Source: Acidimicrobiales bacterium
GTDB taxonomy: Bacteria; Actinomycetota; Acidimicrobiia; Acidimicrobiales; CATQHL01
Assembly: GCA_963664235.1 (NCBI GenBank)
Contig: OY760933.1
Coordinates: 2,395,419 to 2,459,418 of the forward strand
Length of the DNA: 64,000 nt
Direction: 5' to 3'
The position numbers and the translations under genes were made by a program. Each line of letters opens with the position of its first letter. Positions within the stretch are counted from its first letter, which is position 1. This document shows positions 26,245 to 34,953 of the stretch, piece after piece. The notes beneath the pieces were generated by a model that was not told the origin of the DNA, made no database searches, and saw only the letters and a list, made by a program, of their open reading frames with translations.

Positions 26245-26316
26245 TTCGAGGTGATCGCCAACCGCGGCGAGATTCACCAGTCCGAGGTGATCGCCAACCG
26301 CGGCGAGATCCGCTAA
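26212..26316 (+). repeat. 36-bp tandem repeat x3 re-copying the clpP 3' end
   Basis: GAGGTGATCGCCAACCGCGGCGAGATCCGCTAG at 26212, then in-frame copies at 26248 (no stop) and 26284 (TAA). Confidence 0.9.
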
Positions 26317-26445
26317 CGCGGCCGCCACCTCTCCAACTCCCTCGCAAACTCGGCCCTTCCGGCGACGTCGGGTTTCGGCGGGCACCCCCCCGTCCTTCCG
26401 ACGTGCCGGCAGGTCCGAGTCCGTCGTTCCGGCGGCCCCGAGTCC

Positions 26446-26477
26446 GTCATTCCGGCGAAAGCCGGAATCCAGGTGTT
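26446..26477. repeat. REP-like hairpin element (the 'IPAFAGMT' repeat), second copy
   Basis: GTCATTCCGGCGAAAGCCGGAATCCAGGTGTT, surrounded by degenerate TTCCGGCGG-containing units over about 26400-26600. Confidence 0.7.
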
Positions 26478-26924
26478 GGCGGCGTGTCGGTGGCTCCGGC
26501 CCCGTCTTTCCGGCGGGGTCCAATGTCCAGCGATCAGCAGGGCGTCGGCGGCTCCGGCCCTGTGGTTCCGGCGGTCGTCTGCGGGATTGTCGGTGCTCGC
26601 GGCTGTCTCTGGACGCGGCAATCCGGGGCTGGATCCGCGGACGGCTCGGAGGTTCCGGGAGCTTGCGGCGCGGCCGATCCGTAGGTTGCGACGTCCTATG
26701 TGACATTGGTCACACCCAGGTGGGTGGTACGCGGGCGGTAACCCGACGAGTCGACGACAGCCCTCTGACCTGGGGGTTTGGTGTCGTTGTCTGGATCGCC
26801 CCGGTGTGCGCCTGCCGTCGTTTCGCTCCAGTCGGTCAACTAGACGAACTTGTGTTGCTGGACTGTCGTAGCCGTGTTATATTATGAGGAGACATAACTA
26901 AGAGGGTTCGCTCGATGATGTGGT

Positions 26925-28598
26925 GTGGGCCGGGAGCTTCAGAGAGAACGAGGGGACGGACAGGTGGGTGACGGACAGGTGGGTGACGGACAGGTGGGTG
27001 ACGGACAGGTGGGTGACGGTCCGATGCGGGGGAAACCGCACAGCGCTGACCGACCGGGCCGCGAGCCGGCCGGGACAGCTCCGGCGAACAGCGAACCGGC
27101 CGGGACAGCTCCGGCGAACAGCGAACCGGCCGGGACAGGTCCGGTCGGCCGCGAACCGGCCGGGACAGGCCCGGTGGGCCGCGAGCCGGTCGGGACAGCT
27201 CCGGTGGGCCGCGAGCCGGTCGGGACAGCTCCGGTGGGCCGTGAGCCGGTCGGGGCAGCTCCGGCGAACAGCGAGCCGGCCGGGGCAGGCCCGGTGGGCC
27301 GTGAGCCGGCTGGGGATGTTCGGGGCGGCGAGTGGGCTGCTTTGGGTGAGTGGCTGGTTTCGCGGCCGCTGTTGCCCAAGGTCGATCTGGGTGTGTTGCG
27401 GGAGTGTTTGGGGTTCGTGGGCCGGGCGCGGGCGTCGCTTGCCGCCCTGGAGGCCGACGTGGTCGCCGAGGTGGCGCGCCGCGAGGGCGACGCTGCCACT
27501 GAGGAGTTCCTGCGGCGGGATCAGAAGCGTTCGCGGAGAGAGGCCCGTAAGGCCGTCAAGGTCGCGGGACAGTTGGGGTGGGCGCCGCGGGTGGCCGACA
27601 AACTTGCCTCCGGTGAGATCACTCCCGAAGCGGCGGGGCTGATCCTCGATGCCGACGCCGAGACGCCGGTGGACCAACGCAAGTTGCTGGCCGCCGCTGA
27701 GACCGAACCCGACGACGTGTTCCGCCGCACGTTGAAGGACCACGTCAACGAACGCACCACCGAACAGGAACTCGAAGCGCGGCGGGCTCAGCAGCGGCGC
27801 CGGCGGCGGGCTTCGATCGGCGAGCAGCCCGACGGCATGTTCCACCTCTTCGCCCAGTTCGACCCGCTCACCGGGGCGCGGGTGCAGGCCGCGCTCATCG
27901 CCAAGTCCGACGAACTGTTCCGCAACGAGGACTCCACGGACCGCCCGACGGCACCCCAGCGGTTCGCGGATGCGCTCGCAGACCTCGTGTGCACCAACAA
28001 CGGCGCCGGCGCACCAGCCGGAACCGAGTTGATCGTCCTGGCCGACTACGACCAGGTCCACGACGAGATCACCAACACCCGACTGGCTGACGGCACCCGC
28101 CTCACCGAAGCCGAAACACTCGCGGCGGCGTGCGACGCCAGGATCCTGCCGGGCATCTTCAACAAACACACCGGCAACGTCGTCCTGGGCCGCTCGCAGC
28201 GCAAGGTCCCCCCGTGGCTGCGCAAACAACTCATCGCACGCGACGGCGGCTGCATCGGCTGCGGCGCCCACCACCAGATCTGCGAAGTCCACCACATCAA
28301 GCACTGGAAACACGGCGGCGAAACCACCCTCGAGAACACCTGCCTGCTGTGCTGGCGCTGCCACCACATCCGCCTCCACCGAAACGGCGAAGAAATCACC
28401 CGCCACCCCGACGGCACCCTCACCCTCACACCACCCGCCAACCCGCCTCCCGAACCGACAGGACCGGCAGGTGGCAAACAGACAGACCGGCGCGAACCGC
28501 GAGACAGCGGCGAACACCACCGCCCGACCAGTCGCCAGCGACGCGGACCACCCCGGATCCCCGAAACGAACCCAGCCAGCCCCTTGTCGTTGGGCTGA
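26925..28598 (+). CDS. DUF222 / HNH endonuclease (REP13E12-like); start uncertain
   Basis: DUF222-like LAALEADVVAEVARREG..GEITPEAAGLI. HNH motif CIGCGAHHQICEVHHIKHWKHGGETTLENTCLLCWRCHHIRLH. The N-terminal 130 aa are tandem repeats and may not be translated. Confidence 0.8.
   Translation: MGRELQRERGDGQVGDGQVGDGQVGDGQVGDGPMRGKPHSADRPGREPAGTAPANSEPAGTAPANSEPAGTGPVGREPAGTGPVGREPVGTAPVGREPVGTAPVGREPVGAAPANSEPAGAGPVGREPAGDVRGGEWAALGEWLVSRPLLPKVDLGVLRECLGFVGRARASLAALEADVVAEVARREGDAATEEFLRRDQKRSRREARKAVKVAGQLGWAPRVADKLASGEITPEAAGLILDADAETPVDQRKLLAAAETEPDDVFRRTLKDHVNERTTEQELEARRAQQRRRRRASIGEQPDGMFHLFAQFDPLTGARVQAALIAKSDELFRNEDSTDRPTAPQRFADALADLVCTNNGAGAPAGTELIVLADYDQVHDEITNTRLADGTRLTEAETLAAACDARILPGIFNKHTGNVVLGRSQRKVPPWLRKQLIARDGGCIGCGAHHQICEVHHIKHWKHGGETTLENTCLLCWRCHHIRLHRNGEEITRHPDGTLTLTPPANPPPEPTGPAGGKQTDRREPRDSGEHHRPTSRQRRGPPRIPETNPASPLSLG
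26956..27015 (+). repeat. 15-bp tandem repeat x4
   Basis: ACGGACAGGTGGGTG repeated. Reads GDGQV x4 in the HNH frame. Confidence 0.9.
27061..27320 (+). repeat. 30-bp tandem repeat, about 8.5 copies
   Basis: GCGAGCCGGCCGGGACAGCTCCGGCGAACA and variants, starting every 30 bp from 27061. Reads as decapeptide repeats (EPAGTAPANS / EPAGTGPVGR). Confidence 0.9.
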
Positions 28599-28610
28599 GC
28601 CGGTTGTGAT

Positions 28611-29297
28611 CTAGCCGTGTCGGGCGGTTTCGGCTCGCTGGCGCAGGTCGGTGACCGCGGCGGCCAGGCCGTCGGGATGGCCGAAGACGGCGCTGCCGGC
28701 CACGAAGACGTTCGCCCCTGCGGCGGCCGCACCTGCCACGGTCCCCGAGCCGATACCGCCGTCCACCTCGAGGTCGATCTCCCGCCCGGACTCGTCGATC
28801 ATCCGGCGAACCTCGGCGATCTTGGGCTCCATCGTGGCGATGTACTTCTGACCGCCGAAGCCGGGATTCACCGTCATCACCAGCACCATGTCCGTGAGGT
28901 CCAGCACCTGGGCCACGGCGGCAGCCGGGGTCGACGGGTTGAGCGCCACACCGGTGGCAGCCCCCAGCCCCCGGACCTGCTCGAGAGTGCGGTGCAGGTG
29001 GACGCACGCCTCGGCGTGCACGATCAGCAACTCACATCCCGCCTCCACGTAGCGGCCTGCCAGCGCCTCGGGCGCCTGCACCATGAGGTGCACCTCGAAC
29101 GGCAGGGACGTGTGCGGGCGGGAGGCGGCGATGACGTCCGGGCCGAACGTGATGTTCGGCACGAAGGCGCCGTCCATGACGTCCCACTGGATCCGATCCG
29201 CCCCGGCGGCCTCCAGCGCGGCGCAGTCCGCTCCGAGCCGGCTGAAATCGGCACTCAGCGTGGAAGGCACAATCCGGATCGGCGGGTTCGTCGTCAT
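28611..29297 (-). CDS. rpe: ribulose-phosphate 3-epimerase
   Basis: IVPSTLSADF..DVMDGAFVPNITFG..HLMV..MTVNPGFGGQ..VDGGI. Confidence 0.9.
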   Translation of the reverse strand: MTTNPPIRIVPSTLSADFSRLGADCAALEAAGADRIQWDVMDGAFVPNITFGPDVIAASRPHTSLPFEVHLMVQAPEALAGRYVEAGCELLIVHAEACVHLHRTLEQVRGLGAATGVALNPSTPAAAVAQVLDLTDMVLVMTVNPGFGGQKYIATMEPKIAEVRRMIDESGREIDLEVDGGIGSGTVAGAAAAGANVFVAGSAVFGHPDGLAAAVTDLRQRAETARHG

Positions 29298-29334
29298 GGT
29301 GAGCCGTGGCGGGGAGGGGACGGGACCCCGTCAG

Positions 29335-29793
29335 GCTACTTCCCGGTCGATTGCACGCCGGGGAGCAGTGGGACGATGGCCGCGGGCTACTTCCCGGTCG
29401 CCCGCACGCCGGGGAGCAGTGGGACGAAGGCCGCGGGCTACTTCCCGGTCGATTGCACGCCGGGGAGCAGTGGGACGATGGCCGCGGGCTACTTCCCGGT
29501 CGATTGCACGCCGGGGAGCAGTGGGACGATGGCCGCGGGCTACTTCCCGGTCGATTGCACGCCGGGGAGCAGTGGGACGATGGCCGCGGGCTACTTCCCG
29601 GTCGATTGCACGCCGGGGAGCAGTGGGACGATGGCCGCGGGCTACTTCCCGGTCGATTGCACGCCGGGGAGCAGTGGGACGATGGCCGCGGGCTACTTCC
29701 CGGTCGATTGCACGCCGGGGAGCAGTGGGACGATGGCCGCGGGCTACTTCCCGGTCGCCCGCACGCCGGGGAGCAGTGGGACGAAGGCCACAG
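29335..29793 (-). repeat. 51-bp tandem repeat x9, each unit a copy of the pcm 3' end including the stop codon
   Basis: Units start at 29335, 29386, and so on to 29743 (exact 51-bp period). On the minus strand each unit reads (I/F)VPLLPGV(Q/R)(S/A)TGK*. The ninth unit is the authentic pcm terminus. Confidence 0.9.
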
Positions 29794-30448
29794 GCAACAG
29801 CCCGGCGCGGCGCCGCGGCGCGAGACCCGACGACCCGTCACCGAACGCCCCGGCGCCCGGAGCCGGCATCTCGTACAGCGCCAATTGCTGGTCCCGCCCG
29901 GTCGCACCGACGGGCGCCACCAGCCGGCCACCCTCTGCCAGCTGCCCGAACAGCGCCGCGGGCACGCTGGGCGCAGCCGCGGAGATGAAGATGGCGTCAT
30001 ACGGAGCACCCGGCGGGTGGCCCTGCGCCCCATCGGCCCACACCACCGTCACGTTGTCGAAACCGAGATCGCGCAGCCGTGCCCGGGCATCGGCGGCCAG
30101 GGATTCGATCCGTTCCACGGCGACCACCTCGGCGGCCAGACGGCTCGCCACCGCTGCCGCATATCCCGAGCCGGCGCCGATCTCCAGCACACGATCGGTG
30201 GGCGCCAGCCGCAGTGCCGCCAGCATTACGGCCACCACGTACGGCTGCGAGACGGTCTGGCCGAATCGCAGCGGCAGCGCCCGGTCGGCGTAGGCGCTGC
30301 GCCGCTGGCCGGCCGGGACGAACGCCTCCCGGGGCACCGAGCCCATCGCCTCCAGCACCCGCTCGTCGCGCACGCCACGCCCGGCGAGATCCTGGCGCAC
30401 CATCTCCGCCCGGCGGGCGTCGAACGGCGGTTGTGGTCGGGTCTTCAT
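29744..30448 (-). CDS. pcm: protein-L-isoaspartate O-methyltransferase
   Basis: ATG at 30448. RVLEAMGSVPREAFVP, TVSQPYVVA, VLEIGAGSGYAAAV and FVPLLPG. Confidence 0.85.
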   Translation of the reverse strand: MKTRPQPPFDARRAEMVRQDLAGRGVRDERVLEAMGSVPREAFVPAGQRRSAYADRALPLRFGQTVSQPYVVAVMLAALRLAPTDRVLEIGAGSGYAAAVASRLAAEVVAVERIESLAADARARLRDLGFDNVTVVWADGAQGHPPGAPYDAIFISAAAPSVPAALFGQLAEGGRLVAPVGATGRDQQLALYEMPAPGAGAFGDGSSGLAPRRRAGLLPVAFVPLLPGVRATGK

Positions 30449-30555
30449 GGCGCTGGCGCTCCCCGGTGGGTCGAACCGCAGATCCGCGCCCGGCGGGTCC
30501 GCAGACGAACACCTCGGCCGGACCGTACCACCGCCTCCGCAGCGGTCTCCGACCA

Positions 30556-30861
30556 GTGATCCGCGGCGGTGAGGGGCCTCCCGTCGTGTGGAGCGTCCCC
30601 CGTCCGGTGATCCGCGGCGGTGAGGGGCCTCCCGTCGTGTGGAGCGTCCCCCGTCCGGTGATCCGCGGCGGTGAGGGGCCTCCCGTCGTGTGGAGCGTCC
30701 CCCGTCCGGTGATCCGCGGCGGTGAGGGGCCTCCCGTCGTGTGGAGCGTCCCCCGTCCGGTGATCCGCGGCGGTGAGGGGCCTCCCGTCGTGTGGAGCGT
30801 CCCCCGACCAGTGATCCGCGGCGGTGAGGGGCCTCCCTTCGTGCGGAGTCTCCCCCTACTG
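30556..30861. repeat. second, unrelated 51-bp tandem repeat x6 in the pcm/thpR divergent intergenic region
   Basis: GTGATCCGCGGCGGTGAGGGGCCTCCCGTCGTGTGGAGCGTCCCCCGTCCG, starting at 30556, 30607, 30658, 30709, 30760 and 30811. The last unit degenerates into the thpR leader. Confidence 0.9.
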
Positions 30862-30868
30862 TGGAGCG

Positions 30869-31399
30869 ATGCCCCGGCTGTTCGTGGCCGTCTGGCCGCC
30901 CGGCGACGTGATGGACGCCTTGGCCGCCCTGCCGCGGCCAACTTTCCCGGGCGTGCGGTGGACACCTCCCGAGCGCCTCCACGTAACCCTTCGGTTCTTC
31001 GGCGCCGCGGACGAGGAGACCGTCGTCGACAGACTGTCCGGTGAGCGATTCGCGCCGGCCGCCGTGCACATGGGTCCGGGCGTGGAGCGACTCGGTCGCG
31101 GGGTCCTCGTCGTGCCGGCCCGCGGCCTGGAGGATCTGGCTGCCCGGGTCGTGGAGGCGACCAGCCACATCGGCCAACCCCCGCTGGACCGCCCCTTCCA
31201 CGGTCATGTGACCGTCGCCCGCCACAAGGGTCAGCCGCCCGGTGAGTACGCGCCGCAATTCCAGGCCGACTTCGACGCCACCGAGATCGCCCTCGTACGC
31301 AGCCACCCACCCGGCAACTACACGAACGTGGCGACATTCGCCTGCCCTGAGCCGACCACCGAGGGAGACCATCCCGAGCGCGACCAGGCGGTCTCCTAG
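30869..31399 (+). CDS. thpR: RNA 2',3'-cyclic phosphodiesterase (2H phosphoesterase, LigT/ThpR)
   Basis: MPRLFVAVWPP, with two HxT motifs (HVTLRF and HVTVAR). Confidence 0.75.
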   Translation: MPRLFVAVWPPGDVMDALAALPRPTFPGVRWTPPERLHVTLRFFGAADEETVVDRLSGERFAPAAVHMGPGVERLGRGVLVVPARGLEDLAARVVEATSHIGQPPLDRPFHGHVTVARHKGQPPGEYAPQFQADFDATEIALVRSHPPGNYTNVATFACPEPTTEGDHPERDQAVS

Positions 31400-31401
31400 C
31401 A

Positions 31402-32886
31402 TTGGCGTCCGTGGCTGATTCATTGCCGGGATCAGAAGACGCTCTGCTCGACGGCTACGAGCCGGGTGGAGGCTTCGACGAGGCCTTCGACGCCGACGGA
31501 TCGGTCCGGGGTGCCTACAGCAAGATCGTCGAGCGTTTCGGGGAACTCGACGCGGGCGAACTGCGCCGGCTCGAACGGCTCGTCGCCGACGAGTTCCGCC
31601 GCCAGGGCATCACGTTCACCGTGTACAGCGAGGAGGAGGGCACCGAGCGAATCTGGCCGATGGACCTGTTCCCGCGGCTCATCGCGGCCCGCGAGTGGGA
31701 CGAACTCGAACGGGGCCTCACCCAGCGCGTTACCGCCCTCAACTGTTTCCTCGCGGACCTTTACGCCGGGGAGGGTGCGGCCGTCGCCGACGGGGTGGTC
31801 CCGCGTTGGCTGGTGGTCTCCTCCGGCGGTTTCGAGCGCAACGCCATGGGGATCTCGGTGCCGCACGGCGCGCACTGCAACGTCGCCGGGATCGACATCG
31901 TGCGCGACGACGGTGGCCGCTACCGGGTGCTCGAGGACAACCTGCGCAACCCCAGCGGCATCTCCTATGTGATCGAGAACCGGGCGGCGATGGCCAAGGC
32001 GTGCAGCTGGCTGTTCTACGACCACGCCGTGCAGCCGGTGGAGCAGTACGGGCGGATGCTGCGCGCCACCCTGGAGTCGATGGCGCCCGGCGGCCAGGAC
32101 TCCCCGCAGGTGGTGGTGCTGACCCCCGGTATCTTCAACTCGGCCTACTTCGAGCACGCCTTCCTGGCCCGCTCGATGGGTGTCGAGTTGGTGGAGGGCC
32201 GCGACCTCGTGGTCGACGGCGGCACGGTGTTTGCCCGGACCATCGAGGGGCTCATCGCCGTGGACGTGATCTACCGGCGCATCGACGACGCCTTCCTGGA
32301 CCCGGTCGCCTTCCGGCCGGACTCCACATTGGGCGTCCCCGGGCTGCTCGGCGCGCTCCGGGCCGGGACCGTGACCGTCTGCAACGCGATCGGCAACGGT
32401 GCCGTCGACGACAAGGCGGTCTACCCGTACGTACCCGATCTGATCAGGTACTACCTCGGCGTCGAGCCGATCATCGACAACGTCCCCACCTACATGATGT
32501 GGGATCCCGACCAGCGGGCCGAGGCGCTGGGGCGGCTCGATGAGTTGGTAGTCAAGCCGGTGGGGGAGTCGGGCGGTTACGGGGTGCTGATCGGGCCCCA
32601 CGCCAGCGACGAGGAGCTGGAGGCCGCCCGCGCCGCCATCGACGCCGATCCCCGGAACTGGATCGTGCAGGAGGTCGTGCAACTCTCGAGCCTGCCGTCG
32701 TTCACCCAGGAGCGTCTCGAGCCCCGCCACGTGGACCTGCGGCCCTTCGTGTTGACCGGCGAGCGGACCGAGGTTTTCCCCGGCGGTCTCACCCGCGTGG
32801 CGATGCGGCGCGGATCGCTCATCGTGAACTCCTCCCAGGGTGGCGGCTCGAAGGACACCTGGGTGCTGACACCGGAGTACTCGTAG
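31402..32886 (+). CDS. circularly permuted type-2 ATP-grasp protein
   Basis: Family recognised from YSKIVERF..FRRQGITFTVY..ERIWPMDLFPRLI..VICNAIGNG-like (TVCNAIGNGAVDDKAVYPYVP)..VVKPVGESGGYGV. Confidence 0.8.
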   Translation: MASVADSLPGSEDALLDGYEPGGGFDEAFDADGSVRGAYSKIVERFGELDAGELRRLERLVADEFRRQGITFTVYSEEEGTERIWPMDLFPRLIAAREWDELERGLTQRVTALNCFLADLYAGEGAAVADGVVPRWLVVSSGGFERNAMGISVPHGAHCNVAGIDIVRDDGGRYRVLEDNLRNPSGISYVIENRAAMAKACSWLFYDHAVQPVEQYGRMLRATLESMAPGGQDSPQVVVLTPGIFNSAYFEHAFLARSMGVELVEGRDLVVDGGTVFARTIEGLIAVDVIYRRIDDAFLDPVAFRPDSTLGVPGLLGALRAGTVTVCNAIGNGAVDDKAVYPYVPDLIRYYLGVEPIIDNVPTYMMWDPDQRAEALGRLDELVVKPVGESGGYGVLIGPHASDEELEAARAAIDADPRNWIVQEVVQLSSLPSFTQERLEPRHVDLRPFVLTGERTEVFPGGLTRVAMRRGSLIVNSSQGGGSKDTWVLTPEYS

Positions 32887-32908
32887 TGGCCAGCCGGCGG
32901 TCGCAGCG

Positions 32909-33946
32909 GTGATCCTGGCCCGTCACGCCGACGCCCTCTTCTGGGTGGGCCGCTATCTGGAGCGGACCGAGGCGACGGTCCGCTGCCTCGACTATGCCGC
33001 CAACTCGATCATCCACCTGCGCCCGGACGAGGCCCGCATCGAGATCGAGCAGCTCGTCAAGACGCTCGGCCTCGAGTCGGTGGCGGCGCCTCTCGGCAGC
33101 CTCGGGGGGCGCCGGCAGCTGTTCGCCTTCCTCCTCTCCGACACCGCCAACCCCGGCTCGGTGCTCTCGGCGGTCAGCGCCGTCCGCGAGCGGCTGCGCT
33201 CGACGCGGGAGCGGATACCCATCGAACTCTGGGAGGAGGCCAACGGCCTGTACCTGCGGTTCCGGGAGTTCGGCGACACCGAAATCCCGTCGGAGCAACT
33301 GCACGAGGTCCTTCTTATGGTCCGTCGGGCCTGCCTGGCCATCAGCGGCGTGCTGAACGAGGGCATGCGGCGCGACGAGGGATACGAGTTCATCCTCATC
33401 GGGCGGATGATCGAACGGTCGGTCTTCACCGTCGGACTCCTTGTAGCCGGCTACACCGACCCCCGGGACGTCATGGACGCCACCAGGATGCTGCGGCTGA
33501 CCAGTTCGCTGCAGGCCTACCATCGCCGGCACGGGCACGCGCCCGATCCCGAGGGCGTGGTGCGTTACCTGCTGGCGGGGACCGACCTGCCGCGCTCTGT
33601 CCTGTCGTGCCTGTTGCGGGCCGAGGAGAGCCTGCGGGGCGTCGGTTCGGTCGCCGATGCGCTCGACGGGCCGCGCCGCCGTGCGGGTCTGCTGCGCGCC
33701 CGCCTCGAACTCGGCGAGATCACCGAGGCGACGTCGCAGGAGCCGCTGCCGGCACTGTCGGAACTCCACTGGGACCTGACCGAGGTGGCGAGCGAGATCG
33801 CCGCCGGGGTTGTGCCGCCGCTCGGCTTCCCGACGGCCAGCTCCCAGTACCTGCGCCCCGGCGGGGCCTCTCCGGGCGCGGGCCAGATGCAGGCGGATCC
33901 CTCCGCTGAGCCGGGCCGCAGCCTGTCGCCGGGGATCGACCGGTGA
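32909..33946 (+). CDS. alpha-E domain protein
   Basis: MILARHADALFWVGRYLERTEATVRCLD..FILIGRMIERS. Canonical partner of the CP ATP-grasp gene. Confidence 0.8.
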   Translation: MILARHADALFWVGRYLERTEATVRCLDYAANSIIHLRPDEARIEIEQLVKTLGLESVAAPLGSLGGRRQLFAFLLSDTANPGSVLSAVSAVRERLRSTRERIPIELWEEANGLYLRFREFGDTEIPSEQLHEVLLMVRRACLAISGVLNEGMRRDEGYEFILIGRMIERSVFTVGLLVAGYTDPRDVMDATRMLRLTSSLQAYHRRHGHAPDPEGVVRYLLAGTDLPRSVLSCLLRAEESLRGVGSVADALDGPRRRAGLLRARLELGEITEATSQEPLPALSELHWDLTEVASEIAAGVVPPLGFPTASSQYLRPGGASPGAGQMQADPSAEPGRSLSPGIDR

Positions 33947-33984
33947 AGCTGGATCGGTGAGGCACGACCTGTGAGGCACGACCC

Positions 33985-34953
33985 GTGAGGCTGGATATCC
34001 GCTACCGGATGCACTTCCGGTACTCCAGGCCGGTCCGCGAGTCGCAGAACGAAATGCGGGTCCGCCCCCGGGACGACGAGACGCAGCGTGTCTTGTGGTC
34101 CCGGCTGACGACGGAGCCGCCGACGCAGGTGTTCAGCACGTTCGACTACTGGGGTACCGCGGTCGACCACGTCGGCGTCAGGACCCCGCACCCGTCACTC
34201 GAGTTGGTTGCCGAGACGTCGGTCGAGACCTCGGCCCGCCCGGTGCCGGCGCCCGACGCTCCGGTCGAGGGCTTGTCGAGCCCCGGCTTCCGCACCGCCC
34301 ACTTCGAGTTCCTGGAACAGTCGGAGCACGTCCAATGGCACCCCGGTGACGGTGTCGCCGAGAGGGCCGCCGCGGTAGCCGAAGGGGCCCTGTCAGTACA
34401 GGAACTTCTGGCGGCGGTGGTGGCGGCGGTTCGGGGAACGCTCCGCTACGAGTCCGACACGACCGACATCGGCGTGTCGCTGGAGGAGTTGCTCTCCGGC
34501 GGGGTCGGGGTCTGCCAGGACTTCGCGCACCTGGCGATCGGGATGCTGCGCAGTGTCGCCGTGCCCGCCCGCTACGTGTCGGGCTACCTCTTCGCCGCCG
34601 ACGAGACCGCCACCGGAGAGGAGACCGCGGACGTGGTGAGCGTGCAGACCCACGCCTGGGTCGAGGCGGCGGTACCCGGTGTGGGCTGGTGGGCGCTGGA
34701 TCCGACCAACGGCGGCGAGGTGGGGGAGCGGCACGTCGTCATCGGCTGGGGACGGGACTACAGCGACGTGCCACCCGTTCGCGGGGCGTTCATGGGCGGG
34801 GCCTCAGCCGAAGTCGAGGCCGAGGTGGTCATCGGCCGGCGACGGTCCGACGAGCCCCAATCAGCCCCCGGCCGCCACAGCCGCCCCCGCGTCCTGGTGA
34901 ACGACCCCCCACCGCCACCCCCCACCCACCAACACCAGCAACAGCAGCAATAG
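33985..34953 (+). CDS. transglutaminase-family protein with a Pro/Gln-rich tail
   Basis: N-terminal bacterial TGase-N-like region. GVCQDFAHL (Cys), HAWVEA (His), LDPTN (Asp). Tail PPPPPPTHQHQQQQQ. Confidence 0.85.
   Translation: MRLDIRYRMHFRYSRPVRESQNEMRVRPRDDETQRVLWSRLTTEPPTQVFSTFDYWGTAVDHVGVRTPHPSLELVAETSVETSARPVPAPDAPVEGLSSPGFRTAHFEFLEQSEHVQWHPGDGVAERAAAVAEGALSVQELLAAVVAAVRGTLRYESDTTDIGVSLEELLSGGVGVCQDFAHLAIGMLRSVAVPARYVSGYLFAADETATGEETADVVSVQTHAWVEAAVPGVGWWALDPTNGGEVGERHVVIGWGRDYSDVPPVRGAFMGGASAEVEAEVVIGRRRSDEPQSAPGRHSRPRVLVNDPPPPPPTHQHQQQQQ

Noticed and set aside
26313-26621. ORFs containing the peptide IPAFAGMT (26313..26621 minus, 20401..20889 plus)
   Set aside because: The peptide is the translation of a dispersed palindromic repeat element, not evidence of a gene.
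29335-30861. The 51-bp repeat arrays as possible CRISPR arrays
   Set aside because: The units are directly adjacent with no unique spacers and no cas genes are nearby. One array is clearly copied from the pcm 3' end. These are tandem minisatellites, not CRISPR.
30449-31423. N-terminal extension of pcm (ORF 29744..31423) through the repeat array and antisense to thpR
   Set aside because: PCM homology starts at the ATG at 30448 (MKTRPQPPFDARRAEMV..RGV.DERVLEAM). The upstream part is antisense to a well-supported 2H phosphoesterase gene. It is kept only as a note that the array is open in this frame.
33946-33990. Short repeat GTGAGGCACGACC x2.5 between the alpha-E and transglutaminase genes
   Set aside because: It is too short and isolated to interpret, and it may simply reflect overlapping start-region duplication. 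It is mentioned under the triad finding only.
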